From Eledone cirrhosa (taxonomy: Eukaryota), in contig OZ024742.1 of the NCBI GenBank assembly GCA_964016885.1, forward strand, positions 20,150,001 to 20,214,000: a stretch of 64,000 bases of DNA, given 5' to 3'. Positions 25,669 through 41,053 of the stretch are shown piece after piece (positions within the stretch are counted from its first letter, which is position 1; every line of letters starts with the position of its first letter). The position numbers and the translations under genes are program-made. The notes beneath the pieces are model-generated. The model was not told the origin of the DNA. It did no database searches and worked only from the letters and a program-made list of their open reading frames with translations.

Positions 25669-26369
25669 CCGTATTAGTGTGGTATAGACAAGTACGTATG
25701 TTGTTGAGGTGTATAATTTTGTCAATACTCTGATATGCCCAGTTCCTGGTTGGGTTGTTATTTCGCTGAGGAACTGGAATCATATGAATTCAAACAAACG
25801 AATTTCAGTGTCAAAGGCCTATTCTCCTCTCATTGGTCAGTTGTTAGAACATTCCTCATTCAAAAGTCTATAGAAGTTCATTCTGAGGCAAGCCAATCTG
25901 TAGTTGTTGTTCTTGTTATTGTTAGGTACATCTGACCTCAATTCTTGTGTTGGTAGTGTTGTTATTGTTGGAGTTAACTTAAAAAATTGATAAAGTGGTA
26001 GAAGGAACACGGTGGTAAAGGAACAAAATAACAAAAAAATGTCAAACTTCCCATTGGTCAGTTTTGAGAGCATTCCTCAGTCAGAAGTCTATAGAAATTC
26101 ATTCTGGGGTGAGGCTCCCTGTAGTGTTTGTGTTTGCTATTGTTAAGTACATTTGAGCTCTACCATTATTTCGGTAGTGTTGTTGGTGTTGTGATCAGCT
26201 TATGTCTTGCTGCTGTTGACAATTTAGAAGTATCTGTGTGTGTTTTTTCTTCATCCCTCCTGCCACCATCTCTCATAGTGGTGGTGGTGGTGGTGGGGGA
26301 GGGGGGGGGGGTTTATTCCTTGTATACGAAGAAATATAAGGCAATAAATGAAGAAAACAGAAAATAAAC

Positions 26370-26552
26370 AATTGTTTCTATTTTAGGCACAAGGCCAGCA
26401 ATCACCCAGTACATTACTGGTACTTTATTTTATCGACCCCGTAAGGATGAAAGGCAAAGTTAACCTCGGCGGGATTTAAACTCAGATCATAAAGGGACGT
26501 AACTCTATGCTTCAAAGCATGGTGTCCGACTCTCTACCGATACTGCCAATCC
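26370..26552 (-). mobile_element. SINE inserted in the left arm only of the 25.5-32.2 kb inverted PLE
   Basis: Same family as 10430-10650; absent at the mirror position ~31385. Confidence 0.8.
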
Positions 26553-29500
26553 AATAAATAGAGAATAAAGAATAAATGAAAAATTGGTGGAGAAGTAATG
26601 AAAATGAATATGGAGAAGTGAAAAATAAAATGAAGATTCAAATAAAGTATGATAAAGTGTGTGTGTGCTATAACCAATCTCAAGGTCAGAAGTATGTTGG
26701 ATAGATTGGTATGAGGTACAAGATGTTAAAATAATAAAAGAATAAAGGAATAAGATAATCAAACAAAATGTGTTTGTGTTATAATCAATCTCAACTTAAA
26801 AATAAATATAAGGTGATACAGTGAAGAGAACAGAAAACAAATAACAAATTAATAAAGACAAATTAAGATTTAAAATTGGAAATTGAAAATCATAAATCAA
26901 GTAAATTAAAATGTGTTTGTGTTATATAGATGTTGGCCAAATTATAATGGCTGTGTCCGATACAATCTCTAGGCTATCATGGTGTCTGCTCAACCTGGGT
27001 TGTTCCCTATGACTTGAGAGGAGTTCTCAACCTAGGGTGTTGTTACTGCCCATATAGATTGAGGGAGGTCTGGCCGAGAGGTGTCTACATGTTCTGGAGA
27101 AGTCCCTATAGCTTGAGGGGAGTTCAAATCTTCTTGTGTTGCTACTGTCCATATATCTTGAGGATGGTCCCGGCTCTAATGTGTCTGCATGTCCCGAAGA
27201 AGTCGGTTCTGAGGTTTATCAGGCCGCTTCCAACTCTTAGTATCTCGAGGGTCTCGTTCAGGCATAGTTTGCATATGCAAGATCCCCCTTTATCGGGTGG
27301 TACTTTCCTGATTATGTACCAGGCCAGAAAGTACGGGGTCCTGTCCAGCTTAAGCTTCCAGATCAGGTCGGAGAGAGCCGTGCTTTTCCTTTTGGTCTCC
27401 TTATTGAATGAATGGCGATGGTTGTAGCAGCGGTCTTTAAAGCTCGTTGATGTGGCTCCTATGTAGAGGTGTTCGGAGTTGGGGGTTTTAACCCTACAAC
27501 CATATACTAGGTTCTTCTTAAGGCATTCATTACCAAGGGGGCATGATTCGGGGTTTCTGCAATTGCAGAGGGTGGTAGACCTCTGCGTGCCTAGATTGGG
27601 GTTCCCGTTAGGTGTTACATGGTGGTCCTCCCCCAGGCACGGTGGGGGGTCCTCGGATCTGTTTGGGTTTCTTGGGTGGGCTCTGGGTCCTCCCTTCCCT
27701 CCTTTCACATGGTTCTGCTGAGTGCTTGTATTGCCATCTTCCTATTTGTGTGTGGTTTTTAAGCCTACTCCTGTTGATGCTAGCTATGTGTTAGGCCAGA
27801 ATTCTCGTGGTGGAATACGAGAGCTTCACAGTGTGTCTGTTGAAGATCCTGTGGTATCTATGGTCCCTCGGGAAGTATTTATAAAGTGCTCCAAAGAATG
27901 ATCGGGCCAAGCTGTTCTTTAGGGCCGCTGAGTAGGGTAGGTTGTACCACGTGATTTTTCTGTGTCTCCTCCTATATGTGTGCGTCGGGGTCGTCGTGAT
28001 TTGTTGGAGATTTGTTGGGTTGCTGGTGGTTCCCGCACTGTTGCTTCCCCTTTGGGTGCTTTGCTTTTTGTTATCTTCACGGCCCGAATCTGTTGGGTGG
28101 TCGTTGCCCGCGCTGGGAGATCTATCGTGGGGTGGTCCCCCCTACGTGTCCTGCGGTTGGGGTCTTCGCTTCTGGGGTGGTTAGCGTCACCCCTGAGACT
28201 GCTAAACATATTGGGTTTCATCTCGAGGTTAAGCGTACTAGTCATCAACGCCCGTGTGGTTGTGTCGGGTACATGGTGCCTATTTGTTTCTGCTCTGCCT
28301 GTAATGTTAGGGTTCGCCCCCCCCCGGGCAACGCAGGTGTGGGTGTCCGTTGGGCTATCCCCATCCCGGCGTTTCGGACTATATGTTATATTTTGGCCAT
28401 GTGCCGCCTTATTTAGAGCTGCGTTGTAATATTCTGCGTGGTTATTAAATATTTCCTTACTTGCGGACAGGCTGGAGATCCTGTCCGAGACACTCTTCAC
28501 CACTGCCTTGGTTATGGACTCAAGGGTGGTTTGATTTGGTGTTAACATATACGAGTTCTCGTTGGGCTTGTGGTAGGGGTAGTATTGTTCGGTGTTCAGG
28601 TTTAGGGTGGTGTCTAGGAAGTTAACTACCTTCCTATTTGGCTCTAGTTCTATACTGAGCCCCTGGTTCTTAAAGAAATGGCGAATACGCCTCCTCATTC
28701 CCTCCAACATATTGGTGATGTGGTCACATACTGTGAATAGAGCATCGTCACGATATAATCCGCCGCCCAGGCAGGGGATCTCATCTTTTATCTGCTTCAG
28801 CAGGTAGAGCCCAACCAGGTCCGTTACCTGTGCTGAGTCGCTAGAGCCCATCGTGATGTCAAAGTTATTTGGCCAATCACTCCTGATCCAAAGTTCTCCA
28901 TCGAAACGGATTAAGGTCTTTCTTGCGGCGTGGATGATGCTCACCTCCTCTCGGGTTAGGTCCGTATTGGACATCGCTAAAAATAGGGCCTTATTAAGTA
29001 CTATGGGTGAGATTGAGGAGTAGTAGCATGCGATGTCCAGTTGTATAAAGCTGGTCTTACTTTTCTCATGCAGTACCTTAAACCATTCTATTACTTCTCC
29101 CGTGCAAGACCATTGTTGTAATTTAGTTTTCTTCCGAAGCTTGGGCAAAATCCTATCCAGTATTCTTTTAATGACTATCCCTGGGTCAGATCTGGAGGGG
29201 CTATTAGTCTGACAGGGAGGTCGGACTCAAAGTTTGGCTTGTGAACTTTAAGGGTAATTCGCGGCTCCCTTGGTTGGTATGGGGCCGTCCTGTCCTCTAT
29301 GCCGAGTCTAGATATAATCCTGTAAGCTGTGGCATTGATCTCATCCAGGGTAAATCCAGGTGTTTTTTTTGTAGCACTTCCTCAGTTCTCTGAGAATTAG
29401 CTTATTGTACAGTTCAGTGTCCATGTTGTAGAGGTTGTTGGTTTTGTCAGCATGGACAAGTATTCCAGTTGTCTCTTTAAGTACTGTAATCCGGTTTCTC

Positions 29501-29605
29501 AGGTGTCTGAGGTACTCCTGACTTCTGGTTGGGTTTCCGGAGAATTTGAGGTTGGTTATGATGTTAATCATCTCATTTTCAAACTCATCCGTTAGTCTGT
29601 TGGGG

Positions 29606-29636
<31 letters not shown>

Positions 29637-29842
29637 GTGATTCCTCCTTGATAGAAAAAGGTACTCCATGTTTTGTGTGTTGGTAATTTTTTGCGTTCCT
29701 CTTTCGAAGTGGAACGCCTTCCCTCTCATCCTACGGACGAGGGAGTCTGTACTCATGATGAGATCACTGGTGTATTCTCGTTTGTCAGGTAGGGGGATGT
29801 ACTTCAGTGACGCTAAGGTTGCCAGTTTATCCATAGTGAACT

Positions 29843-32175
29843 CTAACAATACAGGAAGAGCAGAAACAAATAGGCACCATGTACCCGACAGCACCACACG
29901 GGCGTTGATGACTAGTACGCTTAACCACGAGATAAAACCCGATATGTTTAGCAGTATCAGGGGTGACGCTAACCACCCCAGGACCGAAGACCCCAACCGC
30001 AGGACACGTGGGGGGGGGGGGGGGACCACCCCACGATAGATCTCCCAGCGCGGGCAACGACCACCCAACAGATTCGGGCCGTGAAGATAACAAAAAGCAT
30101 AGCACCCAAAGGGGAAGCAACAGTTCGGGAACCACCAGCAACCCAACAAATCTCCAACAAATCAAGACGATCCCGACCCACACATATAGGAGGAGACACA
30201 GAAAAATCACGTGGTACAACCCACCCTACTCAGCGGCCCTAAAGAACAGCTTGGCCCGATCATTCTTTGGAGCACTTTATAAATGCTTCCCGAGAGAAGC
30301 CTGGGGGAGGTCCACCATGTAACACCTAACGGGAACCCCAATCTAGGCACGCAGAGGTCGACCACCCTCTGCAACTGCAGAAACCCCGAATCATGCCCCC
30401 TTGGTAATGAATGCCTTAAGAAGAACCTAGTATACGGTTGTAGGATTAAATCCCCCAACTCCGAACACCTCTACATAGGAGCCACATCAACGAGCTTTAA
30501 AGACCGCTGCTACAACCATCGCCATTCATTCAATAAGGAGGCCAAAAGGAAAAGCACGGCTCTCTCCGGCCTGATCTGGAAGCTTAAGCTGGACAGGACC
30601 CCGTACTTTCTGGCCTGGTACATAATCAGGAAAGTACCACCCGATAAAGGGGGATCTTGCATATGCAAACTATGCCTGAACGAGACCCTCGAGATACTAA
30701 GAGTTGGAAGCGGCCTGATAAACCTCAGAACCGACTTCTTCGGGACATGCAGACACCTTAGAGCCGGGACCATCCTCAAGATATATGGACAGTAGCAACA
30801 CAAGAAGATTTGAACTCCCCTCAAGCTATAGGGACTTCTCCAGAACATGTAGACACCTCTCGGCCAGACCTCACTCAATCTATATGGGCAGTAACAACAC
30901 CCTAGGCTGAGAACTCCCCTCAAGTCATAGGGAACAACCCAGGCTGAGCAGACACCATGATAGCCTAGAGATTGTATCGGACACAGCCATTATAATTTGG
31001 CCAACATCTATATAACACAAACACATTTTAATTTACTTGATTTATGATTTTCAATTTCCAATTTTAAATCTTAATTTGTCTTTATTAATTTGTTATTTGT
31101 TTTCTGTTCTCTTCACTGTATCACCTTATATTTATTTTTAAGTTGAGATTGATTATAACACAAACACATTTTGTTTGATTATCTTATTCCTTTATTCTTT
31201 TATTATTTTAACATCTTGTACCTCATACCAATCTATCCAACATATTTCTGACCTTGAGATTGGTTATAGCACACACACACTTTATCCTACTTTATTTGAA
31301 TCTTCATTTTATTTTTCACTTCTCCATATTGATTTTCATTACTTTTACAACAATTTTTCATTTATTCTTTATTCTCTATTTATTATTTATTTTCTGTTTT
31401 CTTCATTTATTGCCTTATATTTCTTCATATACATGGAAGAACCCCCCCCCCCCCCCCCACCACCACCACTATGAGAGATGGTGGCAGGAGGGATGAAGAA
31501 AAAACACACACAGATACTTCTAAATTGTCAACAGCAGCAAGACATAAGCTGACCACAACACCAACAACACTACCGAAATAATGGTAGAGCTCAAATGTAC
31601 TTAACAATAGCAAACACAAACACTACAGGGAGCCTCACCCCAGAAAGAATTTCTATAGACTTCTGACTGAGGAATGCTCTCAAAACTGACCAATGGGAAG
31701 TTTGACATTTTTTTGTTATTTTGTTCCTTTACCACCGTGTTCCTTCTACCACTTTATCAATTTTTTAAGCTAATTCCAACAATAACAACACTAACAACAC
31801 AAGAATTGAGGTCAGATGTACCTAACAATAACAAGAATAACAACTACAGATTGGCTTGCCTCAGAATGAACTTCTATAGACTTTTGTATGTGGAATGTTC
31901 TAACAACTGACCAATGAGAGGAGAAGAGGCCCTTTGACACTGAAATTCGTTTGTTTGAATTCATATGATTCCAGTTCCTCAGTGAAATAACATCCCAACC
32001 AGGAACTGGGCATATCAGAATATTGACAAAATTATACACCTCAACAACATATGTACTTGTCTATACCACACTAATACGGACTGCCTGAAGAGGTCACAGC
32101 CAAAGATGGCTGTCACCGAAATATATATAGCAGTAATAAACGAAGCTAAATTTTAAACATTTGACTTTTATTTTC
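29843..32175 (+). mobile_element. Inverted partial copy of the same PLE (linker, GIY-YIG and 3' UTR)
   Basis: Reverse complement of ~25580-28312 with an internal deletion near 30295; EN ORF 30283-30795 nearly identical to 27142-27620. Confidence 0.92.
32080..32134 (+). ncRNA. Type I hammerhead ribozyme (inverted-arm copy)
   Basis: ACTGC-CTGAAGA-stem II-GAAA-TATATA-TA-GCAGT. Confidence 0.88.
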
Positions 32176-32246
32176 TTATTTTATTCTCTCTCTCTATATA
32201 TCTATATCTATATATATATATCTATATCTATATATATATATCTATA

Positions 32247-32534
<288 letters not shown>

Positions 32535-32589
32535 CTTTCACTCGTGTAGGACACCTCGGTTATTTTTCATTTTGTAAAAAAAACCTCAC

Positions 32590-32685
<96 letters not shown>

Positions 32686-32978
32686 CTCTCTCTATATATA
32701 TATTTATCTCTCTCTATATATATATCTATATATATTTATCTATATATATATTTATCTCTCTCTATATATATATCTATATATATTTATCTATATATATATT
32801 TATATATATATTTATCTATATATATATATATATCCGCCTCCGTGGTATTTTTTTCGGGGTTATAAGGGGCTTAGCTCTGTTTCTTGACCGTTGTATCACG
32901 TGACTGTCTATCCCTCCGCCTTTTGGGATTCTTTCTCACGTCATATAGGCGCGTTCTTGAGGCTAGTAAAACGAGGTA

Positions 32979-33068
32979 TCCTCTTGATAAGCCGGCAGAC
33001 CTCGCAAAGGCTCTATATCTTTATGATGTATTGTTTTTGTTTATGCCACGAAACTACGTAGTCGAGGA
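32979..33068 (+). ncRNA. Type I hammerhead, U3-A8 variant
   Basis: TCCTC-TTGATAA-g..GGCA...TGCC.c-GAAA-CTACGTAG-TC-GAGGA. Confidence 0.82.
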
Positions 33069-33572
33069 ATCTAGAAGCAGTTTAGGTATGATACATTTTA
33101 TTACTAATTATATCTAAATGTTTCTTCTCTCTTCATAATGTACTTTTAGCTCTGATACTGGTTCAGTCTAATCCATTCGAATTGGTCTGTCCCAGTTATT
33201 CATAGAGCAACATCGGTTAAGGTTGGCACCATTAACTCAGGGATGGATGTGGACATATTCATGTATATGTGTGTGTCCGCATGTATCTGTGTGTTTCTCA
33301 ATATATTGTTCATAACTCCCTCTGGTCGAGTAAGCTTTGAAGTGTAGTGACTGCTGGAAAGCTGCCATTACTCATACTTCTCGCCCCCTTAACCACCTCT
33401 TCTACGGCTTCGGGATAAATACCCACTCCGCCTCCGTGGTATTTTTTTCGGGGTTATAAGGGGCTTAGCTCTGTTTCTTGACCGTGGTATCTCGTGAATG
33501 TCTCCCCCTCCGCCTTTTGGGATTCTTTCTCACGTCATATAGACGCGTTCTTGAGGCTAGTAAAACGAGGTA

Positions 33573-33662
33573 TCCTCTTGATAAGTCGGCAGACCTCGCA
33601 AAGGCTTTATATCTTTATGATGTATTGTTTTTGTTTATGCCACGAAACTACGTAGTCGAGGA
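33573..33662 (+). ncRNA. Type I hammerhead, U3-A8 variant (second tandem copy)
   Basis: Same architecture 594 bp downstream. Confidence 0.82.
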
Positions 33663-33728
33663 ATCTAGAAGCAGTTTAGGTATGATACATTTTATTACTA
33701 ATTATATCTAAATGTTTCTTCTCTCTTC

Positions 33729-33861
<133 letters not shown>

Positions 33862-33905
33862 CTATATATATATCTATATATATTTATCTATATATATATA
33901 TGTAT

Positions 33906-33936
<31 letters not shown>

Positions 33937-34194
33937 GATGTATATATAGATATATATGTATATGTATATATATATATAGATATATATGTATATATAGAGA
34001 GAGATATATATGTATATATGTATATATATATATATGTATATATATATGTATGTATATATATATGTATGTATATATATATATGTATATATGTATGTATATA
34101 TATATATGTATGTATATATATATATGTATGTATATATATATGTATATATATATATGTATATATATGCATGTATATATATATGTATATATATATG

Positions 34195-35323
34195 TCTCTA
34201 CCAGATATTTTGTTTTAGTCTCATTCATTCTCAGCCCCACACTCATCGACACAGTCTCAACCTCCCGCATCAAATCCTCTGCCTCCTTCACTGTATCTGT
34301 CACCAAAACTATGTCGTCGGCAAATTCAGCATCCGATACCTTTTTCGCCCTAACTCTCCTGCTCTGAGCCGGTGCCACAGTAAAGCCAGAGTCCTGGTGT
34401 TTCTCCGGTGCAAGGCGCATACAATAGTCCACTACGATGATAAAAAGGTAGGGAGCCAATGTATCTCCCTGGAGCACTCCAGCCAGTATCTCAAAGAACT
34501 CTGTCATCCCATCAGGTGTAATGACTTGGGCTTTGGTGTTGGTGTAAGCAGTGATATCAGGTCCACTACCTTCTTGGGGATTCTATAAGCCTGTAAGATC
34601 TTCATCAGGCAGTAACGGTCCACAGAATCAAAGGCCTTTCTAAAGTCAATGAAAACCATGACCGCAGGAAGGCACTTTGCTCTAGCTCTCTCTAATATCC
34701 TCCTCAGCATCAGGATGTGACTGGTGGTTGATCTACCCTCTCTGAAGCCGTTCTGGTTGTCCCTGAGCTTCTTCTCTATCTCAGGCTGGATCCTGTTAAG
34801 AATCATCCTGTTGAGGGTCTTTGCTACAAGTGACGTCAGTGAGATCCCCTGGTAGTTGTTGGTGTTAGAGAGATCTCCCTTCTTTGGCACTGGGACGATG
34901 TTACTGATCCTCCACTGATTCGGGGCAACTCCTCTCTCCAGTGCCCCGTTACAGAACCCCAGGATGATATCATCAAAATCACACGTCTTCATCACCTCTG
35001 TTGAGAAGCCAGGGGGGATCACTAATGTAATCAGAGCTGTATGGGAGCATCCCAAAAGTCAGCTCAAAAGTGATACAGAGGAAACTGAGGTTAGCTGGAC
35101 ATGCTCACCGACATCCAGAGTTGACATTGCACTCAGTGCTCCTTTGGGAGCCCCTACATGGACACACTAGAAGAGGAAGACGAAGGTTAACGTATGTTGA
35201 TGCCCTAAGGACAGACACTGGTCTATTGGAGACGCAGAACATGGCAGCGATAATGAGGGACAGAGACCGCTGGAGAGAACTCATCCATGGATCTCGGGAA
35301 TTTTACCCGCCTTAGAATAGAAT
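34195..35323. mobile_element. RTE-clade LINE remnant with an inverted 5' part (RT on minus 34195-35020; C-terminus on plus 35021-35315)
   Basis: [42 protein letters not shown] on minus; RLAGH..RGRRRLTY..RDRWR on plus; tagaa tail. Confidence 0.88.
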
Positions 35324-35346
35324 ATATATATGTATATATATATATA

Positions 35347-36366
35347 TGTAGATAATTTAATATATCAACTAACATAAGCGCACAGATGCACGCCCATGCC
35401 AGCAAATACACAGGTTATGTCATAGTACCTAGGTGGTTCAATGCAGGAGAATGCAGAACAATAATATAAAGGACGTAAAATAAAAAAATATTTTTTTAAA
35501 AAAATTTAAAAAAAAAATTTTTTTCTTACTTAAATTTTCACTCCAACTAATTAGTTTCTGCAATGGGATAAAGACAGTTACGTAATTCAACTGTCGAGAA
35601 TTCATTGCGTCATCAGGAAGTCTATTCTCAGTTAAGTCTCCAGGCAATGCGCGGACACTGGCGGCTCATATAAAAATAATAATAATTCGGTAGATCGAAC
35701 AGCTTGCGAGGACTGAATTCTATGTACCGAAATTCTCACTGCTTCAAGTCAAATGGCCGATTCTAAAGAATCAATCACGTGACACAGAGGCTAGTTAGAA
35801 GGAATGGGATGGTAAGATGACTGACGCCTACTAACACCCCAAAAAAAAAATTTTTTAGAAGTGGTTTTGACAAGTTTGCTCGACAAATCAGTGATTTGGA
35901 GATAAATATAGATAATTTAATATATCAACTAACATAAGCGCACAGATGCACGCCCATGCCAGCAAATACACAGGTTATGTCATAGTACCTAGGTGGTTCA
36001 ATGCAGGAGAATGCAGAACAATAATATAAAGGACGTAAAATAAAAAAATATTTTTTTTAAAAAAATTTAAAAAAAAAATTTTTTTCTTACTTAAATTTTC
36101 ACTCCAACTAATTAGTTTCTGCAATGGGATAAAGACAGTTACGTAATTCAACTGTCGAGAATTCATTGCGTCATCAGGAAGTCTATTCTCAGTTAAGTCT
36201 CCAGGCAATGCGCGGACACTGGCGGCTCATATAAAAAAAAGTTGAATTACGTAACTGTCTTTATCCCATTGCAGAAACTAATTAGTTGGAGTGAAAATTT
36301 AAGTAAGAAAAAAATTTTTTTTTAAATTTTTTTTAAAAAAATATTTTTTTATTTTACGTCCTTTAT
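35347..36366. mobile_element. ORF-less ~560-bp unit, 1.6 tandem copies plus an inverted piece (36241-36366); retrozyme-like
   Basis: tagataatttaatatatcaac at ~35350 and ~35909; one HHR per copy. Confidence 0.8.
35541..35620 (-). ncRNA. Type I hammerhead ribozyme (second copy 36102-36181, minus strand)
   Basis: Minus strand: CTTC-CTGATGA-C-GCAATG...CATTGC-A-GAAA-CTAATTAG-TT-GGAG. Confidence 0.83.
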
Positions 36367-36389
36367 ATATATATATGTATATATATATG

Positions 36390-36425
<36 letters not shown>

Positions 36426-36443
36426 TATGTACATATATATATG

Positions 36444-36502
<59 letters not shown>

Positions 36503-36503
36503 G

Positions 36504-36589
<86 letters not shown>

Positions 36590-36591
36590 TG

Positions 36592-36682
<91 letters not shown>

Positions 36683-36826
36683 GTATATATATCTGTATGT
36701 ATATATATATGTATATATATATATAAATATGTATGTATATATATATATATATGTATGTATATATATATGTATATATATATATATAGATAGATATATCTAT
36801 ATATAGATATATCTATATTTATATAG

Positions 36827-36869
<43 letters not shown>

Positions 36870-37145
36870 ATATTTGGGGAGGGTCATATTTGCGTAATAT
36901 TGCCAGAATTAATAACAGAACACACTCACTGTTTGGTTGGTTTTCGCTTCTCGCTGTCTTTTATATCTGCGATCTAACTATCTACATATATATGTATATA
37001 TATATATAGATATATCTATATATAGATATATCTATATATATATATAGAGAGAGAGATATATATCTATCTATATATATATATAGAGATATATATATATCTA
37101 TATATAGATATATCTATATATATATAGATATATATGTTTATATAG

Positions 37146-37186
<41 letters not shown>

Positions 37187-37213
37187 TAGATGTTGGACAT
37201 GCTCACCGACATC

Positions 37214-37277
<64 letters not shown>

Positions 37278-37286
37278 TATATATAG

Positions 37287-37385
<99 letters not shown>

Positions 37386-37400
37386 TATATTATATATATA

Positions 37401-39283
37401 GAATAACTTTGAATAACTTTGAAATGTTTTGGCCAGTATTGGCCCAGGCCATGTCTAACTTAATAGCACCACCTGGCGAAGTCTTTCAATTCAGGATTTG
37501 GGCACCATGGCCCATTCGAGAAGAGAATTACTGTTTGCGGAGACATATCCGGGTGTGGGTGGTTTGTCCGGGATTACTTGGAGGAATTTGTCCAAAGACT
37601 TCTTGAATTTTGTGTGGTCAGTTTCTGTTTTGACGTGTCCTGGTGTGATGTTGAAGAGAGCAGGGCCGATTGAGGTGAAATAATTGTGCCGTATTGTTGT
37701 TATGAGTTGCGATTTAGATTTTTGAATGGGACGGATAGCACGGGGCCCAAGCCTTGGGTGTATCTTGAAGGCGATGCCAACATCATTTGGGCAGTGATGA
37801 TGGAACATTTTCCACATCATGCAGATAATATAACGCTCACGGCGACGTTGGAGTGAGTAAAGTTTCAGGTTTTCCAATCGACCCCAGTAGTCAAGGTCTG
37901 ACATGCCATCTATCTTTTTCGTGATTGCCCTTTGAGGAGCTTCAAGTTTCATGATACTTTGTTTCGTGTGGGGAGACCACAGTGGACAACAGTATTCAAG
38001 GTGTGGTCGGGCGAAAGTAGAGAAGAGAAGGATAATGGTGCGGGAATCTCTCGACTGGAAGGTTCTGACGATCCAGGAACACATTCTGCGGGCCATGTCA
38101 ACTTTGCTGCTTATATGCGTGGTCCAGCTTATGTTGCTGTCCACGGTTACTCCCAAGTCTCTGATGTTGTTAGATGCCACGAGAGTTTCCCCGGAGGGAA
38201 GGGAGTACGGGAGTTTCAGAGCATCCTCTTTTCCAAAGTGGATCAGTTCGAATTTGTCTTCGTTCAGTAACATGTTGTTCTTTTCTGCCCATTGGGTAAC
38301 AGCCAGTAGGTCTGACTGAAGGCTTATCCGGTCATCCACGCCATTGATGACCTTTTGGAGCTTGGAATCATCAGCGAAAATTTTAATGTTGCTGTGTTTG
38401 ATGATGTCAGTGATGTCATTAATAGATGATGAAGAGAAGTGGGCCCAACACAGTGCCTTGTGGGACTCCACTACTGACTTTGGCTGGGCTTGATTTGACT
38501 CCCTCAACTACAACATGTTGGGTTCTGTTTGACAGGAAGCTCTTGATCCACTGCAGCAGCTTTCCAGTGACACCAATATTGGACAGCTTTCTCAGTAGAA
38601 TGTTATGATCAACCCTGTCAAAGGCCTTGCTGAAATCAAGGTAGATAACATCAGTGTTGGAACCCTCTCCCAAGGCTCTCAAAATGTCATCAAAGTGATG
38701 CAGTAGTTGCGTCAGGCAATCCCTTCCATTACGGAATCCATGCTGGTTGGAGTTCAGCATATTGTTACTCTCAAGGAAGTGGGTCATTCGCGATCTCACC
38801 ACTCGCTCAAATACCTTAATGATATGAGAGGTGAGTGAGATTGGACGGTAATTCACGGCGAGGGATTTGTTTCCCTTTTTGAAAACTGGGACAACAGACT
38901 GGGATAGAAGGTTTTCTGGCACATATCCAGCATCCAGTGAGTTCCGCCACAGATTGGCAAGAGGAGAAGCAAGTTGGTGTTGACACGCCTTCAAGACACA
39001 AGCAGGGAACCTATCGGGACCTACTGCTGAATTATGCTTGATTTCCTTTATTGCCGCCAAGACATCAGGGGCGCCAAACGTTATGTCCGATAAGGTGTAA
39101 TGGGGAGTAACATCGCCGATACAGCCCAGATCGGCCATATCAGGATTGCTGAAAACAGAGCAGTATTGTTTCTGCAGTATCTCACCCATGGTTTTAGCAT
39201 TGTCTTGAAGAGTGCCATTTTCATCAATTAGAGGGCCAACAGTAGAGCCAGTGATTTTGTGTTTTTTTGCAAATGAAAAGAAC
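37401..39283 (-). mobile_element. CR1-like LINE, 5'-truncated RT and 3' end, one frameshift
   Basis: NYRPISLTS, QHGFR, YLDFSKAFDRV, GVPQGTVLGP, FADD, RPHLEYC, YSLQRRRER; stop at 37491. Confidence 0.9.
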
Positions 39284-39300
39284 ATATATAGATATATATG

Positions 39301-39334
<34 letters not shown>

Positions 39335-39477
39335 GATATAGATATATCTATATATATATTTATATAGAGAGAGAGATAGATAGATATATCTCTATATATC
39401 TATATCTCTCTCTATATATATATCTACATCTCTCTCTCTCTATATATATATATGTCTATATCTATATATCTATATAT

Positions 39478-39565
<88 letters not shown>

Positions 39566-39568
<3 letters not shown>

Positions 39569-40120
39569 CCATAGTGAGTACAGCGAATCTTTTAAAATTT
39601 ATTTTGAAACTTTTTCTTATTTGCTAAACCTTGATTATATATGTTCTGACTCGTTAATTTATTAACCTGCCATTGAACCACATTGGCATATGGTTGGACA
39701 ATACATGCGTCTCTAGACGCTTTTTGCGTGTAGGGATATATACTTTATTATTATTCTCCTCTTGGTCGAGAAAAAATTTGGTCGTTCTGACTGCTGCTAG
39801 TTATAGTTGTAGTAGACTGACATCCCTGCCTTTGCTTCTATCTTTACACACGGCACTGGACGGAATTGCTTCCACATCATTTATTCTCATCTCGGGAACA
39901 ATTTTGAATAGCGCCAGTTCGTAATTTGAACTCGGGAATTTTATATTCTCCGAGTGAAAAGATCCTTCTGACGAGAGTTTATCTTTGCAATGGAAGGCCG
40001 CAAGGACTGTCCATTTATTTTTGAGACTCGAAACCGATGCGGTAAAGGTAACCATAGTGAGTACAGCGAGTTTAAAAAAAATTATTTTGAAACTTTTTCT
40101 TATTTGCTAAACCTTGATTA
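39566..40120 (+). mobile_element. ORF-less 483-bp unit with terminal direct repeat (39566-39638 / 40049-40120)
   Basis: taaccatagtgagtacagcga repeated; the HHR ends exactly before the second copy. Confidence 0.75.
39964..40048 (+). ncRNA. Type I hammerhead ribozyme
   Basis: CCTT-CTGACGA-GAGTTT...AGACTC-GAAA-CCG atg CGG-TA-AAGG. Confidence 0.83.
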
Positions 40121-40146
40121 TATATATATATATGTATATATGTCTA

Positions 40147-40206
<60 letters not shown>

Positions 40207-40615
40207 TAAACGGAATAGAAAATGCTGACAAATTGTTCACAGTTGAAAAATGGTTTAATTAGGAATAAAAGAGTATTAGTGATTGTATGGGTTAGTATTC
40301 AGTTGTGGTTTTAAGTCTTTAAGTTTTTACCGGTTGCGCATTTCTAAATGCTTTTCAAAAATAATTTTGAGATAGAGTGTCCGTGCTGTTTGCTCTGATC
40401 TGATTAGTTTTGGGAATTATACCTGTTTTTATGTTAAAAAAGTGGCTCCAGCGTTATTTTTGTGTTGCAAAAATGCTTGTGGTCAAAACAATTTTGATTG
40501 GTCGGTAGAGGTCATGTGAATGTAAAAAGTTGATTTTGCGCCAAGACTGTTTTTATATATATATATGTCTATATCTATATCTGTATATATATATATATAA
40601 GTATATATGTCTATA

Positions 40616-40801
<186 letters not shown>

Positions 40802-40826
40802 TATATACATATGTATATATATATAC

Positions 40827-41030
<204 letters not shown>

Positions 41031-41053
41031 GTATATATATATATATATATATA

